From Dehalococcoidia bacterium (GTDB taxonomy: Bacteria > Chloroflexota > Dehalococcoidia > Lucifugimonadales > UBA3495), in the NCBI GenBank assembly GCA_965221025.1, contig CBDCRJ010000001.1:388839-452838 (forward strand): 64,000 nt of DNA, in the 5' to 3' direction. Shown here piece after piece: positions 1 to 10,128 of the stretch (its first letter is position 1; each line of letters starts with the position of its first letter). The notes beneath the pieces were generated by a model. That model was not told the origin of the DNA and did not search any database. It worked only from the letters and a program-made list of their open reading frames with translations. A program made the translations under genes and the position numbers.

Positions 1-10
1 GTTGTGTGGG

Positions 11-511
11 TCAGGAATCGGGGTTGAACGGCTTCCCGTCCACAAGTACTTCTTTGATGATGGCGTCGCCGTCGGCGTCGAGCTTGACCACTACTCTCAC
101 GCCCTGCGCGCTTTCTATGGCACGGCCAGACCCTTCAGGGACGAAGTAGGTGCCGATTCCGAAATTGAGATGCCCCGGACGGTCGACACGGCCCTTGATG
201 AAGATTCTCGAAACCGAACGGCGGTTGACGGAATACCGTCCGGCTTCCCACACGTCCGGCCCCTCCAACAACTCGACGTAGGCCGTTTCGCCCACGGGCA
301 GGCCTCTCAGGGACGGCGGCAGTCTGGCGATTTCGTAGTCCAGGATGGCGTAGTCGCCTTGGAGCAGCGACCGCGGGTCTACCGGGACCGTTTGCAGAAC
401 GACCTCGGTCCCGGTGTGGAGGGCGTATTCCTTGAAGCCGATGAACCCCGCCAAGAAGAGCACTTGGGCTGCCACCACCACCCAGAAAGCGCATTTGATC
501 CGGCGGCTCAA
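11..511 (-). CDS. GDYXXLXY-domain membrane-anchored protein
   Basis: 166-aa ORF with an N-terminal TM helix (FWVVVAAQVLFLAGFIGF). The family-defining motif is present in LLQGDYAILDYEI. The TTG start at 511 overlaps the TGA of the upstream ORF (TTGA). Confidence 0.7.
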   Translation of the reverse strand: MSRRIKCAFWVVVAAQVLFLAGFIGFKEYALHTGTEVVLQTVPVDPRSLLQGDYAILDYEIARLPPSLRGLPVGETAYVELLEGPDVWEAGRYSVNRRSVSRIFIKGRVDRPGHLNFGIGTYFVPEGSGRAIESAQGVRVVVKLDADGDAIIKEVLVDGKPFNPDS

Positions 512-1758
512 GCTGCGCCTCGCGGTTGGCGTATTTGAGACAACACCCGGCGTCGTCCCCGCTCCAACAGGAAACCGCCCACGAGTAAGATGATTCCGGC
601 GACCACGAATACCAACGAACGGTCGAAAAGGCTCCAGGAATACTCGAAATAACGGGTGAAGATGTCCAGCACTATAAACACGATGGCAAGGTTGATCAGG
701 GCCTCATGGGACAGCATGTAACCGGCCACCAGCAGGGCAAGCAACGACAAGGCCAGCAGGCAATTGAAAACAACGGGGTAGACCCATTCACTCTCCGTTC
801 TAAGAGATGCCACCAGCAGCGCGGCGGCCAGCAGCATTGCCGCCCATCCCAGTTCGCCGTAGTCCATGGGACGCCCCTCACCCCGGCGGCGGCGCAGGAA
901 CACCGCTGCCGCCAGCAAGACGGCCGCTAACCCCGTAAGCCCAGCGACGACGCCCCAATACTTGGGGTCGACACTGAAGGAAGAGTCCCAGTTGTCGTCG
1001 TAAAGATCACCGAAAGACAAAACGTACATGCCGAACAGGGCGGCGGCCAGTCCTACCAGCAGGTAAGTACCTGCCAAGGGTCGAAGCTCCGCAAATTCGT
1101 GCTTGACGCGGCTCACGGCAAAGAGGAAGAGGCCCAAAATCGAAATCAGGACAAATAACAATAAGACTGATTCCGTGTCTCGGCTCTCCTCAATCCACCG
1201 CCAGGATATGGTCCCAGCGGTCACCAGAAGGAGTCCCAGCGCCAACACCAAGACGGGCTGGGAACGTGTAACGTAAGCCATTGGTATAACGCCAAGGAAC
1301 CAGAAAAGGAACAGATAAGGGTTGTTGACATCGATGTGGTAGGCCTGCCCGATGAGATGGACCGCAGCGCCGAAGGCGACCCCGGCCAGCAGCGCCATGG
1401 CCGTTCCCACCCGTTGGTACCCCTGCACCGCCCACAGGAAATAGGCGAGGCCGTGGGCGCCCAAGACGACGGCGCCTAGCAGAGCGAACTTGCCGCCCCG
1501 GGGTATTCCGTCCCAATTGGCGGCGAAGAAGAGTATGACCCCCAAGCCCACCAGCACGGCTCCGACGATGGCCAGCGCCTGCACCAGCCGTCCTTGGGCG
1601 AGTCGTCCGGGGGAGCCGGACCGGCCCGAAGGGTAACGGTCGAGGATGGCGCGGGCTTGTTCGTCCGTTATGGTCCCGTCATCCCGCCAATGACGGACCT
1701 CTTCGGTGAGGCGGTCCAAAAACTGCTCCGGGACCGGACCGCCTGACTGGTCAGCCAT
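508..1758 (-). CDS. Multi-pass membrane protein, DUF2157/DUF4401-like
   Basis: 416-aa ORF with a soluble N-terminal segment of about 45 aa followed by about 10 hydrophobic helices. It is translationally coupled to the GDYXXLXY ORF, which is the usual partner of DUF2157/DUF4401 proteins. Confidence 0.5.
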   Translation of the reverse strand: MADQSGGPVPEQFLDRLTEEVRHWRDDGTITDEQARAILDRYPSGRSGSPGRLAQGRLVQALAIVGAVLVGLGVILFFAANWDGIPRGGKFALLGAVVLGAHGLAYFLWAVQGYQRVGTAMALLAGVAFGAAVHLIGQAYHIDVNNPYLFLFWFLGVIPMAYVTRSQPVLVLALGLLLVTAGTISWRWIEESRDTESVLLLFVLISILGLFLFAVSRVKHEFAELRPLAGTYLLVGLAAALFGMYVLSFGDLYDDNWDSSFSVDPKYWGVVAGLTGLAAVLLAAAVFLRRRRGEGRPMDYGELGWAAMLLAAALLVASLRTESEWVYPVVFNCLLALSLLALLVAGYMLSHEALINLAIVFIVLDIFTRYFEYSWSLFDRSLVFVVAGIILLVGGFLLERGRRRVLSQIRQPRGAA

Positions 1759-2646
1759 TTAACGAGGCGCCACTGCCGCTTGGTCCAAGGCGAATTGGGC
1801 GTCGACGGCCAACATTTGGGACAGCCCCACCGCTTCGAAGCATTCGTGAAGGGTGCCCATGTTCTCCAGCAGGTGCGCGGTGGTGCCTTTCTCCCGCAGT
1901 TCGTTCATCAACTGGCTAACCACCCTCGTCACCGACAGAATGGCGCTGGCAGGGAATATAACGATCTTGAAGCCGGCCCGCTCCAAGTCATACGTCGAAA
2001 GCAACGGCGATTTGCCGGTCTCCACGTAGTTATAGAGCAACGGAACATCCAGATTCTGCGCGGCCCGTTCCGCGTCATCCAAGCTGCGCAGCGCTTCGAC
2101 GAATAAAACGTCGGCGCCGGCCTTGACGTATTCCTCGCACCGGCGCATTGAATCGTCCCAGCCGGTTACTGCGAGGGCATCGGTGCGTACGATAATCGTC
2201 AGGTCGTCGTCGGTGCGGGCGTCGACGGCGGCACGAATCTTTTGGACCATGTCGCCCACCGGTATAACCCGCTTGTCGTCCAAGTGGCCGCAGCGCTTGG
2301 GGAAATCTTGGTCTTCGATGTGGATAGCCGCCACCCCGGTCCGCTCGTACTGCCGCACCGTGCGGCGAACGTTTAACACGCCTCCGTAGCCGGTATCGGC
2401 GTCGGCGATTATCGGCACGTCCACTGCGTCGGCCATATAGCCGGCTTGGTCCAGCATCTCGGTCATGGTGGCCAGTCCCAGGTCGGGATAGCCCAACCGC
2501 GATACCGACATTCCGGCCCCGGTCATGTAGACCGCCCGGAAACCGGCGGCCTCGATGAGCCGGGCCGTGAGGCAGTCGTAAGCCCCCGGGGCGACGATAA
2601 TGCCGGGTTCGTTGAGCAGTTCGCGGAATTTGGTGGTGGCACGCAT
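1759..2646 (-). CDS. Isocitrate lyase/PEP mutase superfamily enzyme (methylisocitrate lyase / carboxyvinyl-carboxyphosphonate phosphorylmutase-like)
   Basis: Family-typical sequence: PGAYDCLTARLIEAAGF..., IIADADTGYGG, AAIHIEDQDFPKRCGH, IIVRTDA. I chose the internal ATG at 2646 because the first 27 codons of the track ORF are Arg/His-rich junk. Confidence 0.8.
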   Translation of the reverse strand: MRATTKFRELLNEPGIIVAPGAYDCLTARLIEAAGFRAVYMTGAGMSVSRLGYPDLGLATMTEMLDQAGYMADAVDVPIIADADTGYGGVLNVRRTVRQYERTGVAAIHIEDQDFPKRCGHLDDKRVIPVGDMVQKIRAAVDARTDDDLTIIVRTDALAVTGWDDSMRRCEEYVKAGADVLFVEALRSLDDAERAAQNLDVPLLYNYVETGKSPLLSTYDLERAGFKIVIFPASAILSVTRVVSQLMNELREKGTTAHLLENMGTLHECFEAVGLSQMLAVDAQFALDQAAVAPR

Positions 2647-2660
2647 CGCACTCTCCTGAA

Positions 2661-3419
2661 TCAGGCGATCATTCCGCCGTCGATGGTCAGCACTTGGCCG
2701 GTGATGTAGCTGGCGCCGTCGCTGCACAGGAAGACCACCGCCTCGGCCACCTCTTCCGAGGTGCCGAACCGTCCCATGGGGATGCGGTCCAGAATGTGCC
2801 GGCGGGTTTCCTCGGAAAGGTCCTCCACCATGCTAGTGGTTATGTAGCCTGGCGCGAGGGCGTTTACCGTCACGTTACGGGAAGCCACCTCCCGGGCGAC
2901 CGCCTTGGTGAACCCCACCAGTCCGGCTTTTGCGGCGGCATAGTTGGCTTGGCCGGGGTTCCCCGAGAGGCCGACCACCGAGGACATATTGATGATTCTA
3001 CCGTGGCGTTGTTTGATGAGGTGTGGCATGACGTAGCGGGTGCAAAGAAAAGCGCCGCGAAGATTCACTTCAATTACCGAGTCGAAGTCCTCGGGTTTCA
3101 TGCGCAATAGAAGCCTGTCGTGGGTGATCCCGGCATTGTTGACCAGGATGTCGATCGCGCCCCATTCCTCGACGACACTTTTGACGGCATGTTCGGCGGC
3201 GGCCGCGTCCGAAACGTCCCCGTCCGCCAACATTGCCGTGCCTCCGTCCGCCCCAATCGACGCTACGACCGCGGCGGCCGCTTCGGAGCTGGAACGGTAG
3301 TTGACAGCGACCTTGGCGCCGGCTTTAGCCAAGCGGCAGGCGATTGCAGCGCCTATCCCGCGGGAAGCCCCGGTAATCAGGGCGACCCGGCCTTCGAGAT
3401 CTATTCCTGAAACGGGCAT
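2661..3419 (-). CDS. fabG: 3-oxoacyl-[ACP] reductase (SDR)
   Basis: Motifs ITGASRGIG, NNAG and NYAAAKAG (YxxxK) are present. The gene sits directly downstream of plsX with a TAATG stop/start overlap. Confidence 0.85.
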   Translation of the reverse strand: MPVSGIDLEGRVALITGASRGIGAAIACRLAKAGAKVAVNYRSSSEAAAAVVASIGADGGTAMLADGDVSDAAAAEHAVKSVVEEWGAIDILVNNAGITHDRLLLRMKPEDFDSVIEVNLRGAFLCTRYVMPHLIKQRHGRIINMSSVVGLSGNPGQANYAAAKAGLVGFTKAVAREVASRNVTVNALAPGYITTSMVEDLSEETRRHILDRIPMGRFGTSEEVAEAVVFLCSDGASYITGQVLTIDGGMIA

Positions 3420-4453
3420 TATTTAGCTTGGCCCGAGCGTGAGCCGTTGAGGATGGCAAGTTCGTCTCGCATTATGTCAACGAGGCCAACCCGCACGTAG
3501 CGGACCGCGGTCCGCACCGCGCCCGCCACGCCGTCGGCCCGGCAGGAGCCGTGGCCCAGAATCACGGCGCCGTTCACGCCGAAAAGAGGCCCGCCGCCCA
3601 CGGTGCGAGGCCGGTTGGTGGTCTCCCAGAGGTCGGAGGCGACCTTCCGCACCGCCTCGGGTTCCAAGACCGCGGAGAGGTTTTCATTGAGGTAGGCGGC
3701 CAATGCCCCTCCCAGGCCCTCGGTGAACTTGATCAGAATGTTGCCGACAAAGCCGTCGCAGATGATAACGTCGGCCTTGTTGGTGAAGAAGTCCATTCCC
3801 TCGACGTTGCCCACGAAATTGAGGTGGCTGTCGCGGAAGAGTTGGTAGCTCTCCTGCACCTGGCGGTTGCCCTTGGCCGCCTCGGCGCCGACGCTGAGCA
3901 GCCCCACCCTGGGGTTTTCGATACCCATGTAGGTGTGAGCGAACGCCACCCCAAGCGCACCAAAACTCAACAGCAGGCCGGGGCGGCAGTCCAGGTTGCT
4001 GCCTATGTCCACCAGCATGGTATTGGGCGCCAGTCCCAGGAACGGTCCGCCAAGACAGGGTCGTTCCAGGCCTTCCATGAGCCCCAACGCCAGAACGGCG
4101 CTGGCCATCGCGCCCCCGGTGGAACCCATGGACACGATAACGTCGGCTTGGCCTTGTTTGACCAATTGTGTGGCCACCACCACCGATGCCTTGGGTTTGG
4201 TGCGCATGGCCTGGATGGGGTGCTCGTCGTCGCCGATCTTTCCTTCCGACGGGACGACCGTAATAGGCCTGCCAGCGGTGTCGTATTTAGCGAGTTCAGC
4301 TTCGATTGCCGCGGGATCGCCCACGAAGACCAACTCGGCGTTGGTCGAGTCCAACGCTTGGATCGCGCCCTTTATTGTTTCTTGGGGCGCGAAATCGCCG
4401 CCCATAGCGTCAACGGCTACCCTGACCGCGGCCTCAGCTCCGTTTTGTGCCAT
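3419..4453 (-). CDS. plsX: Phosphate acyltransferase PlsX
   Basis: Motif AVDAMGGDFAPQE and full-length PlsX-like sequence. I used the ATG at 4453; the upstream 76 codons of the track ORF are low-complexity Arg/Gly. Confidence 0.9.
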   Translation of the reverse strand: MAQNGAEAAVRVAVDAMGGDFAPQETIKGAIQALDSTNAELVFVGDPAAIEAELAKYDTAGRPITVVPSEGKIGDDEHPIQAMRTKPKASVVVATQLVKQGQADVIVSMGSTGGAMASAVLALGLMEGLERPCLGGPFLGLAPNTMLVDIGSNLDCRPGLLLSFGALGVAFAHTYMGIENPRVGLLSVGAEAAKGNRQVQESYQLFRDSHLNFVGNVEGMDFFTNKADVIICDGFVGNILIKFTEGLGGALAAYLNENLSAVLEPEAVRKVASDLWETTNRPRTVGGGPLFGVNGAVILGHGSCRADGVAGAVRTAVRYVRVGLVDIMRDELAILNGSRSGQAK

Positions 4454-4509
4454 TTGGTTGTCCTTTCTTCGTATCCCAACGCCGAGTCGAACTCGCGCCG
4501 GAACGAATT

Positions 4510-5340
4510 TCAAGCCGTAGTCAACTTGGCCGTGCCCGAAACCAACTCTTGCCCGGTATTGCTGTTGCGGACGCCCACGGCGTAGTTTCCGCCTTTGGCG
4601 GCGCTGCCCCAAGACTCCACCCGGTCGCCCAAGTAGGCCGCACCCTTGAATCGAACACGAAGCGAGCCCGCTTCCAGCCACGCGCGCCCCAAGGACGCCG
4701 TCATCATCCGGTCGACCAGGGCCAAGGTCAACATCCCGTGGGCGATGACGCCTCCGAATTGTGTCGTCGCAGCAAAATCGGCGTCGAGGTGCAACGGATT
4801 ATAGTCGCCCGAAGCCTGGGAGTAATCGGTTAGTTGCTCTTGAGTAATCAGGCTGGTTACCACGGGCAACTCGCTGGCCCCCGACTCTACGCCGGTTCCC
4901 GGCGATGGCTGGGGCCGCCCCCGGACTTCCCCCGCCGGCGCGGTTTCCGTGAGCATTACGGTGGTCTTTGATGTCATGGCGGGCCAACCGCCGGATGTAT
5001 GAAGCCCGCACGTCGCCGTGAGGAATTTCAGGCCCGCCCTTTGACGCGGACGTTCCAGGCTGGCGCTTGCTTGCAATTTCTCTCCGATGACGACGGGGGC
5101 CAAGACTTCGGTCTCTTGAAGGCTATGGACCGCGCCGGGGGGCATCGCCAACTCCCGCAACAAAAGGGCCAGCGAGGCCGCCGCCAGATAAAGAGGCGGG
5201 ACAAGACCGGTCTGGCCGTAGACTGGAAGGTCGTTGCCAACGGCCCTCAGGTAGCGAGCCACCGCTCCCTCGGTTGCCTCTATGGAACCCAACTCCACGT
5301 TCAGGCCCGAATCGCCGATTGCTTCGGTCTCGATTAGCAA
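4510..5340 (-). CDS. MaoC-like (double hot-dog) dehydratase
   Basis: The C-terminal half has the MaoC signature YSQASGDYNPLHLDADFAATTQFGGVIAHGM. The N-terminal half looks like a second, degenerate hot-dog fold. Confidence 0.65.
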   Translation of the reverse strand: MLIETEAIGDSGLNVELGSIEATEGAVARYLRAVGNDLPVYGQTGLVPPLYLAAASLALLLRELAMPPGAVHSLQETEVLAPVVIGEKLQASASLERPRQRAGLKFLTATCGLHTSGGWPAMTSKTTVMLTETAPAGEVRGRPQPSPGTGVESGASELPVVTSLITQEQLTDYSQASGDYNPLHLDADFAATTQFGGVIAHGMLTLALVDRMMTASLGRAWLEAGSLRVRFKGAAYLGDRVESWGSAAKGGNYAVGVRNSNTGQELVSGTAKLTTA

Positions 5341-5528
5341 AGCCGGCCGACCTCCCTGTCACCAGCCTACCCCTCGGACGGGCGTCGGAGCACCGGACTA
5401 CCGTTTCAGCAATCGTTTCCCGGTGACCGTAACAAGCTCTTCCGAAATCGTCTGCCCGATTATACCCAGCGGCGGCTTGGCCCAGCAACAAAACGGGGCG
5501 CCCCCCTCAGCGGTTCCGTGGGCCTTAC

Positions 5529-6746
5529 CTACGACGGAGCTCCGAAGGCCTCCGCCGCTAGGTCTACGATGTACTCCCCGATAGCCAGTGAAGAGGTAGC
5601 CCCCGGTGACGGCGCGTTCAAGACGTGAATCGCCTCCCGTCCCCGGATGATGTTGAAGTCGTCCAGCAGGCTGCCGTCCTTGGCAACCGCTTGGGCCCGT
5701 ACCCCGGAACCGCCGGAGGCCAGGTCGGTCTCCCGGATTTCGGGCAACAGGCGTTGCAGGTCGCGGAGGAACGTGCGCTTGCTGTAGGAGCGGTGTACCT
5801 CACCCAGTCCGATCTTCCAGTTCCGCAAAGTCATGCGCCAAAAGCCGCCGTAGGAAACGCTGCCCCAAGTCTCTCCCAGGTTGACGTCGCGTTTTCGATA
5901 GCCCTCGCGGCTGAAGGCCAAGACGGCGTTGGGGCCCGCTTCCACGCTGCCGGTGATGTTCCGGGTGTAGTGTACTCCCAGGAACGGGAACCGGGGGTCG
6001 GGCACCGGGTAGATCAGCCCGGAAACGAGGTGATGGCTTTCGGGCCGAAGGGTGTAATACTCCCCTCGAAATGGGATGATTCTCACGCCGACCGTTTCCC
6101 CGGTCATCTCGGCGATCCGGTCGGAATAGAGTCCAGCGCAGTTGATGATGTGTTTGGCCTGAACGGTGCCTTTGGGGGTTTCCAGTGACAACGAACCGCC
6201 GCGGCGGCGAATGTTCCGGACCGGCGCCTCGGTGAAAATATCGCCGCCCGCCTGCTGAAATCGCATGGCGTACGACCGGGCCACCTGTCCGTAGTCCACT
6301 ATACCGGTCTCGGGAGACCATAACGCTTGAACGCCGGCGGCGTGGGGTTCGATTTCCCGCAGCCGCTCCGGGCCGACCATTTCCAGGCCCGCCACACCGT
6401 TGGCGACCCCGCGATCATAAAGGGCTTGCAACCTGCCCAACTCCGATTCGTCGGTGGCGACGATTACCTTGCCGCACTGTTGGTACTCGATCTCGTTTTC
6501 TTCGCAGAAACGGAGAAGCTTGCTGACCCCGGCGACGCAAAACTGGGACTTGAAGGAGCCCGGACGGTAGTATATCCCCGAGTGAATGACGCCGCTGTTG
6601 TGGCCGGTCTGGTGGGTGGCCAGCCCGCTCTCCTTCTCCAGCACCACAACGCGCCAGCGTGGAACTCGGGCCGAGAGATGCATAGCCGTGGATAGCCCAA
6701 TGATCCCGCCGCCCACTATGGCAATGTCATATTCCTGTGATTCCAT
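5529..6746 (-). CDS. lhgO: L-2-hydroxyglutarate oxidase/dehydrogenase (FAD)
   Basis: FAD fold DIAIVGGGIIGLS plus the LhgO-typical HQTGHNSGVIHSGIYY. Length is 405 aa. Confidence 0.75.
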   Translation of the reverse strand: MESQEYDIAIVGGGIIGLSTAMHLSARVPRWRVVVLEKESGLATHQTGHNSGVIHSGIYYRPGSFKSQFCVAGVSKLLRFCEENEIEYQQCGKVIVATDESELGRLQALYDRGVANGVAGLEMVGPERLREIEPHAAGVQALWSPETGIVDYGQVARSYAMRFQQAGGDIFTEAPVRNIRRRGGSLSLETPKGTVQAKHIINCAGLYSDRIAEMTGETVGVRIIPFRGEYYTLRPESHHLVSGLIYPVPDPRFPFLGVHYTRNITGSVEAGPNAVLAFSREGYRKRDVNLGETWGSVSYGGFWRMTLRNWKIGLGEVHRSYSKRTFLRDLQRLLPEIRETDLASGGSGVRAQAVAKDGSLLDDFNIIRGREAIHVLNAPSPGATSSLAIGEYIVDLAAEAFGAPS

Positions 6747-6762
6747 ATCTCACCCCAGGTCC

Positions 6763-6839
6763 ATTTAACCACAGAGCGCCTATAGTCCGCAGGGGAAATT
6801 GTATATGCCCTGTGCTCTCGGTGGTCTCTGTGGTTAAAT
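6763..6839. repeat. CAGAG palindromic intergenic element, copy a
   Basis: Perfect 14-bp inverted arms: ATTTAACCACAGAG (6763-6776) and CTCTGTGGTTAAAT (6826-6839). The left arm lies 17 nt upstream of the lhgO start. Confidence 0.8.
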
Positions 6840-6870
6840 AGCTTAGAATTCACCGGGTCTGGAGGAACAA

Positions 6871-7920
6871 ATGCAGTTCGGAATATTCATGGAGTTCGGC
6901 AGCCGGACCGGCTTCGAAGAGCCCAAGGCCTTTCAAGAGGGCTTTCGCTTGGTGGACAACGCCGAAGCGATGGGACTGGACGGGGTGTGGTTGGCCGAAC
7001 TGCACTTCAATCCGGCCCGTTCCGTTCTCTCCTCTCCCATCGTGGTCGCCAGTTCCATCGCTACCCGGACCAAGCGGCTGCGTATCGGGATGGCGGTCCA
7101 CGTACTTCCGCTGAACAACCCCTTACGCATTGCCGAGGAGGTTGCCACCGTCGATCAAATCAGCGAAGGCAGGTTTGACTTCGGAGTCGGCCGCAGCGGG
7201 TTCGCCCGCTCCTACGACCTTTATGGTATCCCCTACGTCGAAAGCCGCGAACGATTCCGCGAGGCCCTCGACATTATTGTGGAGTCGTGGAAGGGCCAGC
7301 CCTTCTCCCACGAGGGGAAATACTATCAATTCCAAGACGCCACCGTTTCACCCACTCCTTACCAGGTCCCCCATCCGCCCATTCGCATTGCCGCCACCAC
7401 CGCGGAGACCTTCCCTGTTCTGGGCAACGAAGGATACCCGATTTTCGTCGGTTTAAGGGGCATGGACATCCCGGAACTCAAAGCGAACCTCGATGAGTAC
7501 CGCCGGGCTTGGCATGAAGCCGGGCACCCGGGCGACGGCGACGTTTCCCTCCGTATACCGGTTTACGCCGGTGAAACGGAAGAATCGGCTATCGAGGAGC
7601 CTTGGGACAGCATCAGCGCTTACTTCAGCCGCATGGGGGCTTTGTACCGCGAGTCGGCGGGCCAGACTGGAATCGAAGCCACCGAGCTGCGCCAAGGCCG
7701 GGCCGAGGCGCTGGCCGCCATGTCATACGAACAAATGCTGGAAACCAAGGTTGCTTTCGGCACTGGCGAGTCCCTGATTGACCGTTTCTCCCAAATGAAG
7801 GAAGAGCTGGGACTCGACGGAGTGGTGGCCGAGTTGAACGCCGGCGGTCTGATCCCAGAGGACCGGGTTGCCCGCAGCCTGCGAGTGCTCACTGAGCAGG
7901 TAATGCCTGCGTTTCGTTAA
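6871..7920 (+). CDS. LLM-class (luciferase-like) flavin-dependent oxidoreductase
   Basis: 349-aa ORF preceded by a GGAGG RBS. It has the typical LLM N-terminus MQFGIFMEFG...AEAMGLDGVWLAELHF. Confidence 0.85.
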   Translation: MQFGIFMEFGSRTGFEEPKAFQEGFRLVDNAEAMGLDGVWLAELHFNPARSVLSSPIVVASSIATRTKRLRIGMAVHVLPLNNPLRIAEEVATVDQISEGRFDFGVGRSGFARSYDLYGIPYVESRERFREALDIIVESWKGQPFSHEGKYYQFQDATVSPTPYQVPHPPIRIAATTAETFPVLGNEGYPIFVGLRGMDIPELKANLDEYRRAWHEAGHPGDGDVSLRIPVYAGETEESAIEEPWDSISAYFSRMGALYRESAGQTGIEATELRQGRAEALAAMSYEQMLETKVAFGTGESLIDRFSQMKEELGLDGVVAELNAGGLIPEDRVARSLRVLTEQVMPAFR

Positions 7921-8030
7921 CTTGACCGGAACTTGTCCGTTCCCCGGTCCCGGGGAGGCGCCTACACGGCGCCTACACTCGGATGCGCTACCGCAGTTGC
8001 GTTAGAAACCGTCACTCAGGAGTCAACGTT

Positions 8031-9017
8031 ATGAAAATCGCAATCTTGGATGATTATCAAAACGTGGCCAAAGACATGGCCGATTGGTCACAGGCGCCTT
8101 CCGGCGCGGAGGTCGTCTATTTCAATGACCACCTGACCGACCAAGACGCCTTGGTGGAACGGCTCCGCGATTTCGACGTGGTGATGGGGATGCGGGAACG
8201 TACTCCATTCCAGCGTTCGTTGCTGGAACGGCTGCCCAACCTGCGGCTTCTGGTCACGACCGGGCGGCGCAACGCTTCCTTCGCCCTGGAGGCCGCCACC
8301 GAGCTTGGCATCCCGGTCTGCGGCACCGGCGGGGCGGGGGAGGGACCGGCGGAATTGACTTGGGGCCTGATTCTGGGCATCATCCGGCAAATTCCCCTGG
8401 AAGACCGGCTTTCCCGGCAAGGCTCTTGGGGAACAACCGTGGGGACGGGTCTCCAAGGCAAGACCCTCGGGCTACTGGGGCTGGGCCACATCGGCTCTCT
8501 GGTGGCCAGGGTGGGCATAGCCTTCGACATGAACATAATCGCTTGGAGCCAGAACCTCACCTCCGAACGCGCCCGGGAGTGCCAGGCCACGTTGGTGGAC
8601 AAGGACACCCTGTTCCGCGACTCCGACATCGTGTCGATACACGTCGTCCTGAGCCAGCGTACCACGGGACTGGTTGCCGCCCGGGAGTTGGGGTTGATGA
8701 AGCCCACGGCCTACTTCATCAACATTTCCCGCGGTCCCATAGTGGACGAGGCAGCGCTGGTAGACGCGCTACAACGCAAGGCCATCGCCGGGGCCGCGCT
8801 GGACACCTTCGACGTTGAGCCCTTGCCAGAGGGCCACCCGTTGCTAAAACTGGACAACACCCTCATCTGCCCCCACCTGGGCTACGTTACCGACGACTCG
8901 TACCGCGCCTTCTACGCCGACGTGGTGGAGAATATCCGCGCCTTTGACAGCGGGGAGCCGGTGCGTATGATGAACGAGCAGGTGCTCTCCTCTCCCCAAT
9001 TTCGCGGCTACCGCTAG
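8031..9017 (+). CDS. D-isomer-specific 2-hydroxyacid dehydrogenase family protein
   Basis: NAD-binding motif GLLGLGHIGSLVA and C-terminal catalytic region (ISRGPIVDE...CPHLGY). I chose the ATG at 8031 (MKIAILDDY). Confidence 0.85.
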   Translation: MKIAILDDYQNVAKDMADWSQAPSGAEVVYFNDHLTDQDALVERLRDFDVVMGMRERTPFQRSLLERLPNLRLLVTTGRRNASFALEAATELGIPVCGTGGAGEGPAELTWGLILGIIRQIPLEDRLSRQGSWGTTVGTGLQGKTLGLLGLGHIGSLVARVGIAFDMNIIAWSQNLTSERARECQATLVDKDTLFRDSDIVSIHVVLSQRTTGLVAARELGLMKPTAYFINISRGPIVDEAALVDALQRKAIAGAALDTFDVEPLPEGHPLLKLDNTLICPHLGYVTDDSYRAFYADVVENIRAFDSGEPVRMMNEQVLSSPQFRGYR

Positions 9018-9100
9018 ACGGGGAATCGAGCTGACCGGAAATCGCCTGCGGGAAAAACCGGCTACTAATCGAGAGATAGAAACGCGGGAGTTTAAAACAG

Positions 9101-10066
9101 ATGAAAGCAGTCCGCATTCACGAATTCGGTGGCCTTGACGTCCTGAACTGGGAGGACGCTCCCGAGCCGGAACCCAGGGCTCACCAAGTGTTGATCAAAG
9201 TAGATGCTGCCGGCGTGAACTACGCCGACCTGATGCGGCGCGGTGGCAACTATCCGGGCCCGGACCTCCCGTCGTCGCTGGGGCTGGAGGCCGCCGGCAC
9301 CGTAACCCAGGTGGGCTCAGAGGTAACCGGCATCGCCGTTGGTCAGCGGGTGATGGCCATGGGGCCGGGAGGCCAGGCCGAATACGTAGCCGTTAACGCC
9401 AACTTCGCGTTCCCTTACCCCGAAACCGTCGACCCGGTGCAGGCCGGGGGTATGCCCATCGTCTTTCTGACCGCCTACCACCTGCTGAAGACTCGAGGGC
9501 AACTGGAGCCGGGGCATACCGTGCTGGTGCAAGCCGGGGCTTCGGGAGTAGGCACGGTCGCAATACAACTGGCCAAGGCCTGGGGCGCCAGGGTGATAGC
9601 CACCGCCTCGACCGCCGAGAAGCTGGACCTTTGCCGGACTCTGGGCGCCGACGTGACCATCAACTACACCGAGCAAGACTTCGAAGACGCCGTAGGCCAA
9701 GAGACCGGAGGCAACGGTGTGGAATTGGTCCTTGAGTGCGTCGGTGGTCCGGTGCTGGAGAAAAGCGTTCGCTGCATCGCTTCTTACGGCCGGCTGGTTA
9801 CCTACGGCAACGCCTCGGGTACGCCGGCAAACCTGCCGGCGGTGGACATCTTTCCGGCCAACCGCAGCGTCATTGGCTTCAGCATCGGCCGCTCGCCCCA
9901 AGGGGTCTTGGACCATCAAGCGGCCATGTCCGAGATATTCCCCATGCTGGCCGACGGTAAAGCCAGACTGGTAGTGGACCGAGTGCTCCCCATGTCCGAA
10001 GTCGCCGACGCTCACCGGCATCTGGCCAACCGGGGCACCAAAGGAAAAGTCATTCTCACTCCTTAA
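9101..10066 (+). CDS. qor: NADPH:quinone oxidoreductase / zeta-crystallin-type MDR
   Basis: MKAVRIHEFGG..., cofactor motif QAGASGVGTVAIQLAK, and GKVIL near the C-terminus. Confidence 0.8.
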   Translation: MKAVRIHEFGGLDVLNWEDAPEPEPRAHQVLIKVDAAGVNYADLMRRGGNYPGPDLPSSLGLEAAGTVTQVGSEVTGIAVGQRVMAMGPGGQAEYVAVNANFAFPYPETVDPVQAGGMPIVFLTAYHLLKTRGQLEPGHTVLVQAGASGVGTVAIQLAKAWGARVIATASTAEKLDLCRTLGADVTINYTEQDFEDAVGQETGGNGVELVLECVGGPVLEKSVRCIASYGRLVTYGNASGTPANLPAVDIFPANRSVIGFSIGRSPQGVLDHQAAMSEIFPMLADGKARLVVDRVLPMSEVADAHRHLANRGTKGKVILTP

Positions 10067-10128
10067 CCCGTGGAGACGCGGAATCGCCCGAGATTGTTCG
10101 CGCCGCGTAATTTACCCGCGGTACGGAG

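Noticed and set aside
3551-4585. Long ORFs antisense to, or overlapping, confidently called genes. Examples: 3551..4585, 8117..8707, 14268..14993, 21220..22185, 27202..28068, 33351..34223, 38231..39082, 49581..50507, 56504..57403.
   Set aside because: These are the typical stop-poor alternative frames of a high-GC genome. Their translations are Arg/Gly/Pro-rich low-complexity sequence with no recognisable motifs, and each lies fully within a gene that has clear family signatures.
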